Part shown: one piece after another, positions 1 to 9,952 of the stretch
Numbering within the stretch: position 1 is the stretch's first letter
Layout of the letters: each line of letters opens with the position of its first letter
Source of the DNA: a virus
Direction: 5' to 3' (one strand)
DNA: 60,903 nucleotides
Virus record (IMG/VR): IMGVR_UViG_3300009703_000001
Made by a program: the position numbers and the translations under genes
Notes under the pieces: generated by a model
What the model saw: the letters and a program-made list of their open reading frames with translations, nothing else
Databases searched by the model: none
Told to the model about the DNA's origin: nothing

Positions 1-123
1 AGAAAAGAAGGTAAGTCACCATCAGGTGGATTAAATCAAAAAGGAAGAGACAGTTACAAAGGTGGAACTTTAAAAGCACCTACAAAATCTAAAACAAGCG
101 GAAGAAGAAAATCCTTCTGTGCT
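1..123. repeat. Terminal overlap: exact copy of 60781..60903 (circular or terminally redundant complete genome)
   Basis: All 123 bases are identical at both window ends; the overlap lies inside a CDS. Confidence 0.95.
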
Positions 124-219
124 AGAATGAGTGGTATGAAAAAGAAATTAACATCAGCTAAAACTGCAAGAGATCCAAATTCTAGAATTAATAAATCACT
201 AAGAAAGTGGGACTGTTAA
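1..219 (+). CDS. 3' part of a small basic protein that wraps around the window ends (starts at 60721)
   Basis: Frame continues from 60721..60903 through the overlap to TAA 217-219 (about 92 aa; ...KSFCARMSGMKKKLTSAKT...). Confidence 0.6.
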   Translation, partial: RKEGKSPSGGLNQKGRDSYKGGTLKAPTKSKTSGRRKSFCARMSGMKKKLTSAKTARDPNSRINKSLRKWDC

Positions 220-220
220 A

Positions 221-430
221 ATGATCGAAACAGTTTTTGCACTTCTGATGTTTGTAAACGGAGAAATTAAAGAACACCGTATCCAGCCCTCGATGGGAAT
301 TTGTTTGCGCGGGAAACGTGAAGCGGAGAGAACCTACAGTGAAAGTGTAACCTATAAATGCATCAAGGCTAAGGCTGAAACAGAGATTTATATGGGTGAA
401 AAATCAATTAAAAAAATAATCCTTGAATAA
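221..430 (+). CDS. hypothetical protein (69 aa)
   Basis: ORF starting 2 nt after the previous stop; locally GC-richer; no recognisable motif. Confidence 0.4.
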   Translation: MIETVFALLMFVNGEIKEHRIQPSMGICLRGKREAERTYSESVTYKCIKAKAETEIYMGEKSIKKIILE

Positions 431-522
431 AAAAAATCCAATAGCTAAAATCCTTAGAGATAGGAGATATAAACAAACTATTATTAAAAATAAAAAAATA
501 TATAATAGAAAGGAGAAACAAC

Positions 523-1020
523 ATGAAACTATCAAAAAATTTCAGTTTAGCAGAGCTAACTAAATCACAAACTGCTGAACGTATGGGGTTAAATAATTCC
601 CCAAATGAAGATCAAACTGAAAATTTAAGACTCTTATGTGAAAGAGTTTTACAACCAGTACGTGATCATTTTGACGATGTAGTAACTATTAGTTCAGGAT
701 TCCGCGACCCTATTTTGTCAGCTAAAATTGGCAGTTCAAGCAAATCGCAACATTGCAAAGGAGAAGCGGCTGATTTTGAAATCTTTGGAGTTCCTAATAA
801 TGAGGTCAGCGATTGGATCAAAGAAAATTTAATGTTTGATCAGTTGATTCTCGAGTACTTTACTCCTGGCGAACCTAATTCAGGATGGGTACATGTCTCA
901 TACAATAAAGATATTAATTTAAATAGAAAAGAATATTTAATGGCTATTAAAGATGAGAATGGAAAAACTCAATATAAACCAATACTAGGTTTATCTACGG
1001 ATAGATACATTAAGTCCTAA
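523..1020 (+). CDS. Endolysin, peptidase M15 (zinc D-Ala-D-Ala carboxypeptidase fold)
   Basis: SQHCKGEAADF (H-x6-D) and GWVHVS zinc-ligand motifs; N-terminal FSLAELTKSQTA typical of M15-type phage lysins; AGGAG upstream. Confidence 0.8.
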   Translation: MKLSKNFSLAELTKSQTAERMGLNNSPNEDQTENLRLLCERVLQPVRDHFDDVVTISSGFRDPILSAKIGSSSKSQHCKGEAADFEIFGVPNNEVSDWIKENLMFDQLILEYFTPGEPNSGWVHVSYNKDINLNRKEYLMAIKDENGKTQYKPILGLSTDRYIKS

Positions 1021-1132
1021 AAAAATCTAGGGGTCTAGATTAATGAATCAAAAAATGGTAAACTTACCTTAGTTGTACAACCACAAAATGGAGTAGGATT
1101 AACTCTCAAAGTGGCCACTAAAAAGGAGATAG

Positions 1133-1549
1133 ATGCCAACAGTAGGTAAAAAAAAATTTAAGTATACTGCTAAAGGAAAAGCTGAAGCTAAAGCTTATGC
1201 TAAAAAGAAAGGACTGCCTGTTTATAAAGCAGCCATGGGTCGTGCTCAATTTGCCACTACTACTTCTAAACCATCTATGTTTGTACAAAAATTACAACCC
1301 TCTAAAGCAGTACTAGGTTTATATGCTATGAATAAAATGAGTGATAAAAAGAAAAATAAAGTTAAATCTCATTTTAAAAAAAGAGCCTCTCTTTCTCCTG
1401 TGGGATCACAATTTTTTAATAAAGGTGGTTCGATGTTTGTACAAAAATTACAACCTTACGATGGTAGTTATATTAAAGGTAAGTTAGCTGGTCATAAAGT
1501 ATCTAATCCAAGTTTAAAAAAATACTATAAAGGAATGATAGATGGGTAA
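1133..1549 (+). CDS. lysine-rich small protein with internal duplication (SMFVQKLQP x2)
   Basis: SD AAGGAG; 23-nt exact repeat ATGTTTGTACAAAAATTACAACC at 1277 and 1433. Confidence 0.65.
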   Translation: MPTVGKKKFKYTAKGKAEAKAYAKKKGLPVYKAAMGRAQFATTTSKPSMFVQKLQPSKAVLGLYAMNKMSDKKKNKVKSHFKKRASLSPVGSQFFNKGGSMFVQKLQPYDGSYIKGKLAGHKVSNPSLKKYYKGMIDG

Positions 1550-1799
1550 GAAAACAAAAAGACCAAAAAGAGGCGGAGGCCCCGATTGGATCAATACCCA
1601 CGAACCAGGCCCTATGGGTAATCCTCCAGTGATGGAAAAAATAGATAATATGAGAGAATTTATGATTGCAAATCCAGGTATTGAAGATGTTGCCGATTAT
1701 AGTTCAATTTATGGTAAACCAAAAAAGAAATTAAAAAAATCAAAAAAAGCTAATGGCGGTTTTATTTCTGTTAGTGAATATGTAGAAGACATAATTTAA
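1542..1799 (+). CDS. lysine-rich small protein
   Basis: Overlaps the upstream stop; basic; ends ...NGGFISVSEYVEDII. Confidence 0.6.
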   Translation: MGKKTKRPKRGGGPDWINTHEPGPMGNPPVMEKIDNMREFMIANPGIEDVADYSSIYGKPKKKLKKSKKANGGFISVSEYVEDII

Positions 1800-2182
1800 T
1801 GGGTAAAAAAATTAAAATATTACCTGATTATTTAAAGAAAAAAGCGAAAGGTATTACAGTAAGTGGTGGTGCAGGAGTTTATACGGATGAGTATGTAAAT
1901 GAACCTAGTGGAAGTATAACTTTTTCAAAAGGAAAAACTAGCGTAACAGGAAGTGCTTCAAAACCTTACCTAAAAGATAGTAAACAAAATCTTAATAGTA
2001 CTTTAGGTTTAAAAATTACAAAACATGGTAATAAAAGCGCTTTTAGTGTTGAAGGCTCTAAAACAGGTAAAAGTAAAAACCTAGGTATTAGTTTTACAAA
2101 AACTTTTAGCCATGGTGGTGAAGCAAGAGTTCGAGGATCGGGAGTAGCAATTAAAGGTACTTCCTTTAAAGGAATATTCTAA
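1799..2182 (+). CDS. lysine-rich small protein
   Basis: TAATG overlap; ends ...VRGSGVAIKGTSFKGIF. Confidence 0.6.
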   Translation: MGKKIKILPDYLKKKAKGITVSGGAGVYTDEYVNEPSGSITFSKGKTSVTGSASKPYLKDSKQNLNSTLGLKITKHGNKSAFSVEGSKTGKSKNLGISFTKTFSHGGEARVRGSGVAIKGTSFKGIF

Positions 2183-2247
2183 TGTGGAGGTGATTTACTC
2201 TACTCTATTAGAATGATATTATAAGAGTAAAATTAAGGAGAAATAAC

Positions 2248-2673
2248 ATGGCAAATACAAGAAGAATGAATAGACTAGAAGAACTAGGTCGTGTAGATTC
2301 AGAAAAAGCTTACACTAAAAAAGGCAAAAGAAACCTTAGAGCTGAAAAAAAAAGAGTAGTAAAAGAGATTAAAAAAGCTAAACAAGGTTACTATGCTAGA
2401 GAAGATGAATCTATTGCAATGAGAAGAAAAAAGAAAAGAACTAAAGCACAACTTGTTGCAAGTAGAAATGAATCTTATGGTAAGTGGGGTAAAAGAGGAA
2501 AAGACTGGAAGAAAAAAGTAGTAAAAGCTCGTACAGGTACAATGGTAAATAGACCTTCAACTCAAGGTTTTGGTGCAGCGAGAACTTCTGGTACAGGACT
2601 ACAAGATGAATCTTTACAACCAGGACAAACTTATGTTCAAAAAGGCGGAGATTATATCAAAGATTTAATATAA
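2248..2673 (+). CDS. lysine/arginine-rich small protein
   Basis: SD AAGGAG; very basic; ends ...QKGGDYIKDLI, like the 1542 ORF. Confidence 0.65.
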   Translation: MANTRRMNRLEELGRVDSEKAYTKKGKRNLRAEKKRVVKEIKKAKQGYYAREDESIAMRRKKKRTKAQLVASRNESYGKWGKRGKDWKKKVVKARTGTMVNRPSTQGFGAARTSGTGLQDESLQPGQTYVQKGGDYIKDLI

Positions 2674-2679
2674 TGAATT

Positions 2680-3591
2680 ATGGCAACATCAGGAACTACT
2701 GCATTCGATCTACAGATCGATGATATAATTGAAGAAGCATACGAAAGATGTGGTATGCGAACAAACAGTGGTCATGATATTAGAAGTGCTAGAAGAAGTT
2801 TAAATCTTTTATTTTCTGAATGGGGAAACAGAGGTATTCATCTCTGGAAAGTTGAACTTAATCAAATTACTTTGCAATCAGGTGTTGCCACTTATTCTGT
2901 TCCACTTCAAGTAAGTGATGTTATGGAAGCATACATCTCTTCAACAGGTGCAGCTAATGGAACTCTTAATACTGCCTTAACTTCATCAGCTACTTCAGTT
3001 ATTTTAACTGATGGCTCTTCTTTTGCAGTAAGTGGAACTATTCAAATTGGTTTAGAGACGATGACTTACACAGGTAAAAGTACACATACTTTAACAGGTG
3101 TAACTAGAGGAGCTCTTGGATCTACAGCAGTTGCACATTCAGCAGGTGTCCCTGTACAAAATATATCAGGGCAAGGAACTGCTGATACACAAGATATTGC
3201 TTTAACTAAAATAGATAGATCTGCTTATGCAGCTTTACCTAAAAAATTACAAGTAGGACAACCTTCTCAATTTTTTGTACAAAGATTTACTCAACCAACT
3301 ATTAGTTTATATTTAGCACCTGACATTTCTACTTATACTACTTTAAAATATTATTCTATTAATAGAATTGAAGATGTTGGTAAATTTACTAATACACCTG
3401 ATACACCGTATAGATTTTTACCATGTATGTGTGCTGGATTAGCTTATTATTTATCACAAAAAAAAGCACCTGATAGAATACAACTTTTAAAACAATTATA
3501 TGAGGATGAATTATTAAGAGCATTGAATGAAGATGGTTCAAGAACTTCTGTATATATTTCCCCTCAAGCTTATTTTGGAGATGGAGTATAA
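2680..3591 (+). CDS. virion structural protein; N-terminus resembles P22 gp4-type head-to-tail adaptor
   Basis: DDIIEEAYERCGM...ARRSLNLLFSEWGNRGIHLW pattern; inserted E-x-M-x-YTG...LTGVTRG...AHSAG module. Confidence 0.4.
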   Translation: MATSGTTAFDLQIDDIIEEAYERCGMRTNSGHDIRSARRSLNLLFSEWGNRGIHLWKVELNQITLQSGVATYSVPLQVSDVMEAYISSTGAANGTLNTALTSSATSVILTDGSSFAVSGTIQIGLETMTYTGKSTHTLTGVTRGALGSTAVAHSAGVPVQNISGQGTADTQDIALTKIDRSAYAALPKKLQVGQPSQFFVQRFTQPTISLYLAPDISTYTTLKYYSINRIEDVGKFTNTPDTPYRFLPCMCAGLAYYLSQKKAPDRIQLLKQLYEDELLRALNEDGSRTSVYISPQAYFGDGV

Positions 3592-3675
3592 TGTTTTGGA
3601 TATATCATATATTAGCTATTTGCACAGTTATTGGAATTAGTTTTGGAATTGGTTTTTTAATAGGAAAGGAATATA

Positions 3676-4071
3676 ATGTCTTGGGCAAGCGGTAAACGAT
3701 CATTAGCAATTTCGGACAGATCGGGACAGGCATTTCCTTATCAAGAAATGGTTAAGGAATGGACAGGAGCTTTAGTTCATATTTCAGAATATGAACCTAA
3801 ACAACCCCAAATAGATCCACCTTATCATAAAGCGGATCCTGTAGCTTTACAAAATCCAAGATCACAAGATTTTCAACAATTAAAAGATGTAAGTGGAATA
3901 TTAGCATCATCTGGTGGACAAGGAATGATAACAGCAGATTTAACTTTACCAGGTCAATTTGCTTTTTTAACTCAAGGAACTTCTGCAATGACTCCTGCAG
4001 ATCCATCATTACAAAATAAAAGAAGACAATTAAAAGTATCAGCATCTGCTGTAACCGTGGTAATATCATAA
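3676..4071 (+). CDS. hypothetical structural-module protein
   Basis: ORF in a co-directional structural block. Confidence 0.55.
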   Translation: MSWASGKRSLAISDRSGQAFPYQEMVKEWTGALVHISEYEPKQPQIDPPYHKADPVALQNPRSQDFQQLKDVSGILASSGGQGMITADLTLPGQFAFLTQGTSAMTPADPSLQNKRRQLKVSASAVTVVIS

Positions 4072-4751
4072 TGGCAATAACTTATTCAAATTTTTTAACA
4101 CAAGTAAGAAACTATACTGAGGTAAGTAGTAATGTTTTAACTGATGCTATCATTCAAGATTTTATAAGAAATGTAGAATTAGACTTAGCAGGAAAAGTTG
4201 ATTATGATGATTTACGAAAATACTCTCTTTCTAATTTTACTGCAAGTAATCGATATGTAAGTTTACCTGCTGATTGTATGATTGTAAGATCGGTTCAAGC
4301 AATTAATAGTGGAGAAAGAACTTTTTTAGAAAAAAGAGATACAAGTTTTATTTCAGAATATAACAACGATGGTGCTACAGGACTTCCTAAATATTGGGCT
4401 AATTGGGAAGATAATGTTCAACAAGGTAATATTATTTTAGTAGCCCCTACACCTGATTCTGCATATCAAGTTCAATTGAACTTTATTAAAGATCCCCCAC
4501 AATTTACTTCAACTACGGATACTTATATATCTACTTATCAAGAAGCCATGCTATTACATGGGGTTTTAGCTGAAGCTTTAAGATACTTAAAAGGACCAGA
4601 GAATATATACAATCTCTATAAAACAAAGTATGATGAAGAAGTACAGAATTTTGCTCTTCAACAAATGGGGAGAAGAAGACGTGCAGAATTTGAGGATGGT
4701 GTACCACGTGTTGTGGTGCCTTCACCATCACCGAACAAATTGACCAAATAA
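4071..4751 (+). CDS. hypothetical structural-module protein
   Basis: TAATG overlap with the upstream gene; 226 aa. Confidence 0.6.
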   Translation: MAITYSNFLTQVRNYTEVSSNVLTDAIIQDFIRNVELDLAGKVDYDDLRKYSLSNFTASNRYVSLPADCMIVRSVQAINSGERTFLEKRDTSFISEYNNDGATGLPKYWANWEDNVQQGNIILVAPTPDSAYQVQLNFIKDPPQFTSTTDTYISTYQEAMLLHGVLAEALRYLKGPENIYNLYKTKYDEEVQNFALQQMGRRRRAEFEDGVPRVVVPSPSPNKLTK

Positions 4752-4771
4752 AATTATAAAGGAGGACAATT

Positions 4772-5209
4772 ATGGCAATAACAACAAACGCAATCGCTAA
4801 TTCTTTTAAAAAGCAATTGCTAGAAGCAGTACACAATTTTAGTAATCCAGGTGGAAATACATTCAAACTTTCAATGTATACAAACTCGGCAACTTTAGGA
4901 GCAAGTACAACTTCTTATACTACAGGAAACGAAGTAACTTCACCATCAGGATATACTGCAGGTGGAAAAGCTTTAGTTAATTCAGGAACTTCAGTTGGTA
5001 CTGGAGTGGCTATTACTGATTTTAGTAACTTATCTTTTACAGGAGTTACTTTAACAGCTAGAGGCGCATTAATTTACAATGATACAGCAAGTAACGATCC
5101 AGCTGTAGCAGTATTGGATTTTGGTGGAGATAAAACAGCAACAGCAGGAACATTTACTATTCAATTTCCAGCTTATACTACTTCGGCTGCAATATTAAGA
5201 ATTGCATAG
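4772..5209 (+). CDS. hypothetical virion protein
   Basis: SD GGAGG; Thr/Ser/Gly-rich beta-type sequence. Confidence 0.6.
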   Translation: MAITTNAIANSFKKQLLEAVHNFSNPGGNTFKLSMYTNSATLGASTTSYTTGNEVTSPSGYTAGGKALVNSGTSVGTGVAITDFSNLSFTGVTLTARGALIYNDTASNDPAVAVLDFGGDKTATAGTFTIQFPAYTTSAAILRIA

Positions 5210-5222
5210 GGAATAAAATGAA

Positions 5223-6314
5223 ATGGCAGCTACTTGGGGTGCACAAACATGGGGTTTTCAAAACTGGGGATCATTAGGTGATCTTTCTGTTACCCTAAGT
5301 AGCGTTTCAGTAACTACAACTACTGGGACTGTATATATTGATTCAGATGTAAATATAGGTTGGGGTGGAGACACTTGGGGTGAAAATGCTTGGGGTGAAT
5401 TATCAGGTGTTTACCAAGATGTTACAGGAATTGCTGCAACATTAAGTATAGGAACACTTCAATCAGTATCAGGAGATGCAAATGTATCGGTTACAGGACA
5501 AGCTTTAACAGTTACCAATGCAGGTATTGTTGCAGGAATTTCTTATGATGCATTCCCAGTAGGACAAAGTTTAACCACAAGTATAGGTAATGAAACTGTA
5601 GGTATTGGTGTTGATGTTACAGGACAATCTTTAACCACAAGTATTGGGACTGCAACCATTGATGAAGGTTTATTAACTGGTGAAGGTTGGGGTAGAGAAA
5701 CTTGGGGTAGTTTTGCTTGGGGCGATAATTATTCAGTTAGTGTTACAGGTCTATCTTTAACTTCTTCTCTTGGAAATGAAGCGGTCACTACTGATGTAAC
5801 GGTTGATGTAACAGGCCAAGCGTTAGCTTTAACTTTAGGAACTTTTTCTTTACAAATTGACCAAGATATTTTTGTTAATGCTACCGAACACGAATTAACT
5901 ACTAGTATTGGTAGTGTATCTTTAAGTGGAGCAGCCACGGTTGATGTAACGGGTATACAATTATCAAGTTCAGTAGGAGTAGTAGTTCCCGAAAATTTAA
6001 CAGCAGTTGATGTAACGGGTATTCGTTCTACAACAGCTTTAGGTTTTATTACTTTAATTCAAAGTACAGTAGAACCTGTAACAGGCCAACTTTTAACTGG
6101 TTCTTTAGGTAATACTGTAGAAGAATCGGCATATGATGTAACAGGAGTAGCTCTTAGTTCTTCAATCGGTTCAGTAACTATTACAGGATCAGGAGTGGTA
6201 CCTGTAACAGGTAATTCTGCTACTATTTCTGTAGGAAGTGTAGGCATTACCGCATGGGCTGAAATTGACCCTAATGTAAACAATGTATGGACAGAGGTTG
6301 ATTTAGCAGCTTGA
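5223..6314 (+). CDS. fibre-like structural protein built from degenerate repeats
   Basis: About 11 copies of V[DS]VTGxxLTxSxG plus three WGxxxWGxxxWG motifs. Confidence 0.65.
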   Translation: MAATWGAQTWGFQNWGSLGDLSVTLSSVSVTTTTGTVYIDSDVNIGWGGDTWGENAWGELSGVYQDVTGIAATLSIGTLQSVSGDANVSVTGQALTVTNAGIVAGISYDAFPVGQSLTTSIGNETVGIGVDVTGQSLTTSIGTATIDEGLLTGEGWGRETWGSFAWGDNYSVSVTGLSLTSSLGNEAVTTDVTVDVTGQALALTLGTFSLQIDQDIFVNATEHELTTSIGSVSLSGAATVDVTGIQLSSSVGVVVPENLTAVDVTGIRSTTALGFITLIQSTVEPVTGQLLTGSLGNTVEESAYDVTGVALSSSIGSVTITGSGVVPVTGNSATISVGSVGITAWAEIDPNVNNVWTEVDLAA

Positions 6315-6353
6315 TTAAGGTAAAATTATAATTATTTAGGAGAGAAAAAATTT

Positions 6354-7595
6354 ATGACATCGGCATATTCAACAGATTTAAAACTCGAACTAATGGTGAC
6401 TGGCGAAAACGCTGGTACATGGGGAGATAAAACAAATACAAACTTAAACTTAATTCAACAAGCAGTTGCAGGTTATGAACAAGTAACACTTTCAAGTGGT
6501 GGAACTTTAGCGTTAGCAATGACGCAAGAAGCTTTATCAAATGCAAGAAATATGGTTATTAAATTTGCTACTGCTTCTATTGCTGCAAGTACAATTTGTA
6601 CTATACCTGATGGAATAGAAAAATTTTATATTTTTGATGCAACAGGATTAAGTAATCCCGCTAATCTTACAATTAAAACTGCATCAGGAACTGGCTTTAC
6701 TTTAGATGCAGCAAAAATTTATGCTGCTTATGCAGATGGAACAAATTTAAAAGAAATATCTTTAGATACTTTAGGTGGAACAGTTGGTAGTGCACAAATT
6801 GCTGACGATGCCATTACGAGTGCTAAAATTGATGATAATGCAGTTTTAACTGCAGCTATTTCTGCGAACCAAGTTACTACAGCTAAAATTCCAGATGATG
6901 CAATTACTACAGCTAAAATTTCAGCGCTTCAAGTTACTAGTGCTAAAATTGCAAATGATGCTGTAGGACCAGATCAATTAGCGGATACTGCTGTAACAGC
7001 AGCATCTTATACTCTTGCATCAATTACAGTTGATGCACAAGGAAGAGTGACGGCTGCTTCATCAGGTTCTGCTGGAGGCGGAGGATGGATTTGGAATGCT
7101 GCAGGTTTTTTACAAGGCAGCGCAAGCGGAAACTATGCTGCATCACCATCAGCAACAAAAATTGGTTGTTACCTTCAAGCTGGAGGCGGTGGAGGAGGCA
7201 CAGGAAATTCTCACCCTGCTGGAAGTGGTGGCTATGGCGGAGCTGGTTACTATCATGATGATGTTACTGCACCGTTTAGTGCACCTTACTCTGTAGGTGG
7301 TAGAGGTAATGCAGGAAATCCAGGTAATGCGGGAGGAGCAACAAGTTTTCACAATTTTGCAGTTAATGGTGGTAATGGAGGAGCAGGCGAAACACCTTCA
7401 GGGGGAGCACCAGGAAGTCCGGGAAGTGCAGGAAATACAGATTTAATTTATGATTGGGGTAATAATCAGACCTTGGCACCAATGGGATCTTTTCCAACTA
7501 GTGGTGAAGGTGGAAAATTAGTTTGGAATAATGGTTTAGGCGGTGGTAGAAATAATCCCGGTGGCGCTGGCTGGTTATGGATATGGGAGGGTTAA
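6354..7595 (+). CDS. tail fibre protein
   Basis: IADDAITSAKI-type repeats, ITVDAQGRVT motif, glycine-rich C-terminal domain. Confidence 0.65.
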   Translation: MTSAYSTDLKLELMVTGENAGTWGDKTNTNLNLIQQAVAGYEQVTLSSGGTLALAMTQEALSNARNMVIKFATASIAASTICTIPDGIEKFYIFDATGLSNPANLTIKTASGTGFTLDAAKIYAAYADGTNLKEISLDTLGGTVGSAQIADDAITSAKIDDNAVLTAAISANQVTTAKIPDDAITTAKISALQVTSAKIANDAVGPDQLADTAVTAASYTLASITVDAQGRVTAASSGSAGGGGWIWNAAGFLQGSASGNYAASPSATKIGCYLQAGGGGGGTGNSHPAGSGGYGGAGYYHDDVTAPFSAPYSVGGRGNAGNPGNAGGATSFHNFAVNGGNGGAGETPSGGAPGSPGSAGNTDLIYDWGNNQTLAPMGSFPTSGEGGKLVWNNGLGGGRNNPGGAGWLWIWEG

Positions 7596-7598
7596 AAT

Positions 7599-8030
7599 AT
7601 GGCTTATGCAATTTTTAATAAAAATAACCCTAATCAGGGAGGAACTTTAGTCCATTTAAAACCTACTGGTACAGATATTACTTCTTTTACAGAAATAGGA
7701 TATCAAGTGTGTGAAATTAATGATTCACAATACAATGATATTAGATTAGAAAGAAAAACTGCATCCTATGATGATGGAGGAAATATAGTTTTAAGTAATC
7801 CTTCTTATGTTGATGGAAAAAGTGAAAACGATATTCCAACTTGGGATACTTTAGAACATCTACAAGCATATATAGATACTTTAAATGCCGATGGTGTAGA
7901 TGCAGAATTTACTGCTCAAGTTAATTCTTTAAAAAGTAAAGATCTTTCTGGATTGTCATACCCTATTAAAAAAACTGTTCCTGAAATAGCAGAGGATCAG
8001 GGAATTACTTGGATAACTACATTTAGATAA
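7599..8030 (+). CDS. hypothetical protein downstream of the fibre gene
   Basis: ORF, 143 aa, acidic. Confidence 0.55.
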   Translation: MAYAIFNKNNPNQGGTLVHLKPTGTDITSFTEIGYQVCEINDSQYNDIRLERKTASYDDGGNIVLSNPSYVDGKSENDIPTWDTLEHLQAYIDTLNADGVDAEFTAQVNSLKSKDLSGLSYPIKKTVPEIAEDQGITWITTFR

Positions 8031-8068
8031 TTCTTGCTCTAAATAAGTTTTTAGTGTAGGACACTAAA

Positions 8069-8851
8069 ATGAAAACAATTGAGTTTTTAGCTCCTAAAGA
8101 CTATTACGATTTACACGAAGATCATCCCACACCCATTAAAACTAATATACCCGAGTGGTATAAAAAATTAGACCACGGTAAAATTGACCCTAATGATTTA
8201 ACACACCAACGTACTATTAAAGGTTGTATGCCTTTTTTAGAAAGTATGACTACGGGTTATTTATTAAAATTACCTGTCGATTATAAAATTGAGTTTGGTG
8301 TTAAAAGAAATAAGGAGGGTAAACCTCTTACAAGAATTTTGACTTCTCTTGATGAATCAGGGGTTAACCATGTAATGAAATCAAAAGGGGTGAATATTGC
8401 CGACCCTAAACCTCATCCTCCTGTACAAGTAGAAGGATCTCCACTTATTGAGAAAAATGGAGGTATGGATTATCCATTTTTAAAAATAAACAATCCATGG
8501 AAAATAAAAACACCAAGGGGATATTCGTGCTTATTTGTTAATCCTCTTAATAATCCTTCTCAGGATTATTTTACTATTATTCCAGCAATTGTTCATACTG
8601 ATACATACTATTTTCAAGAAATAAATTTTCCTATTGTAATGAATTATCAAAAACATGGGGAAGTTAATCTAACCTTAAACAAAGGTCTTCCCTATGTCCA
8701 AGTAATACCTTATAAAAGAGACGATTGGCAAATGAAAATAAAATCTTATGACAGTATACAGGAGAAACATCAATCAAGTTTTTGGAGTCTACAATTTCTT
8801 AATAGGTATAAAAATAGATTTTGGTTAAAAAATAAAACATCATGGAAATAG
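8069..8851 (+). CDS. hypothetical protein (possibly cupin-like; marine-phage conserved type)
   Basis: TIKGCMPFLESMTTGYLLKLP and NPWKIKTPRGYS motifs recalled from cyanophage hypothetical proteins; unverified. Confidence 0.5.
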   Translation: MKTIEFLAPKDYYDLHEDHPTPIKTNIPEWYKKLDHGKIDPNDLTHQRTIKGCMPFLESMTTGYLLKLPVDYKIEFGVKRNKEGKPLTRILTSLDESGVNHVMKSKGVNIADPKPHPPVQVEGSPLIEKNGGMDYPFLKINNPWKIKTPRGYSCLFVNPLNNPSQDYFTIIPAIVHTDTYYFQEINFPIVMNYQKHGEVNLTLNKGLPYVQVIPYKRDDWQMKIKSYDSIQEKHQSSFWSLQFLNRYKNRFWLKNKTSWK

Positions 8852-9414
8852 AGAATTATGTTTTTATAAAAGAAAATTTTTTAGATGAAGTTACTTTAAA
8901 AAAACTTTTTCAATATATGAAAAATGATATTGAATGGGAATCAGCTGCTGTAGTGCTAAAAGAAAAGTACGTGATCGATGAAAAGATGAGAAAAGTTAAC
9001 TCAAAGTTTATTTCCAATTTAGGTAATCAAAAGTCTACATCTATTTTTTGGTTTAATTTTTTAAGACATAGATTTTTAAAATTTACTTTTGAATATTTTA
9101 ATACCCTCAATACTGCTTATACCCAAGTAACAGAAAATTTGGAAGTAAATTTGTTAAAATATGACAAAGATAATTTTTATGAGCGACATTCGGATTATCA
9201 TTACACAACTCCAAGACAGTTCAGTTATATTCTTGTTTTAAACGATGATTATGAAGGTGGCGAAATAACATTTCATTTTTCTAAAACACATACCAAAACA
9301 TTAAAAATAAGTAAAAATATGTGTATTATGTTCCCAAGTAATTTCATATTTACTCATCATGTTAATCCCGTGACTAGCGGAAATAGGTATGTAGTTGTAG
9401 CATGGATGCCATAA
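8842..9414 (+). CDS. 2OG-Fe(II) oxygenase (prolyl-4-hydroxylase-like)
   Basis: ERHSDYH (HxD), YEGGEITFH, THHVNPVTSGNRYVVVAW (distal His, Arg). Confidence 0.7.
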   Translation: MEIENYVFIKENFLDEVTLKKLFQYMKNDIEWESAAVVLKEKYVIDEKMRKVNSKFISNLGNQKSTSIFWFNFLRHRFLKFTFEYFNTLNTAYTQVTENLEVNLLKYDKDNFYERHSDYHYTTPRQFSYILVLNDDYEGGEITFHFSKTHTKTLKISKNMCIMFPSNFIFTHHVNPVTSGNRYVVVAWMP

Positions 9415-9950
9415 TGGATAGATATATAGTAGTTAAAAATTTTTTAGACGAATCAGAAAGAAAATTATTATCTACTTACGGTAAAATTTATATAAGAAAT
9501 AATATCACACAATTTGATTTGCAAGATGGTGCTTCTTCTGGGGGTTATGGAGATTGGGTGTTTGAATCTATTTTAGGAAATAAACATAAATTAATGGAAG
9601 AAAAAACGCAGCTAAAATTATTTCCTACTTATTCATTTTTTAGAATTTATAATAAATATTCAGTTTTAAAAAAACATAGAGATAGACCATCTTGTGAAAT
9701 AAGTGTAACCGTTAGTATAGATAGCTGTAAAACTTTTGAATGGCCTATATACATTGATGGAGAGAAAGTGCTACTAGAGCATGGAGATGCAGTTATATAT
9801 AAAGGGTGTGATTGGTGGCATTGGAGAAATGAGTTTTTAGGAGATTGGCATCATCAATGTTTTTTACATTATGTAAATGCAAATGGACCTTATCAAGAAT
9901 GGGCATTAGACAAACGAAAACTATTAGGAGAAGGAGCTGTTAATAAATAA
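9414..9950 (+). CDS. putative 2OG-Fe(II)/cupin-type oxygenase
   Basis: KHRDR (HxD) and WWHWRNEF; TAATG start at 9414 preferred over the ATG at 9402. Confidence 0.45.
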   Translation: MDRYIVVKNFLDESERKLLSTYGKIYIRNNITQFDLQDGASSGGYGDWVFESILGNKHKLMEEKTQLKLFPTYSFFRIYNKYSVLKKHRDRPSCEISVTVSIDSCKTFEWPIYIDGEKVLLEHGDAVIYKGCDWWHWRNEFLGDWHHQCFLHYVNANGPYQEWALDKRKLLGEGAVNK

Positions 9951-9952
9951 TT

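Noticed and set aside
3797-7352. Shadow ORFs inside structural genes (3797..4069-, 4531..4866-, 5729..5938-, 6059..6283-, 6352..6546-, 7096..7296+, 7149..7352-)
   Set aside because: They are fully embedded in longer, motif-bearing + strand genes, with low-complexity translations.
5223-7595. Diversity-generating retroelement targeting the repeat-rich fibre genes
   Set aside because: No reverse transcriptase gene and no template/variable repeat pair were seen anywhere in the window.
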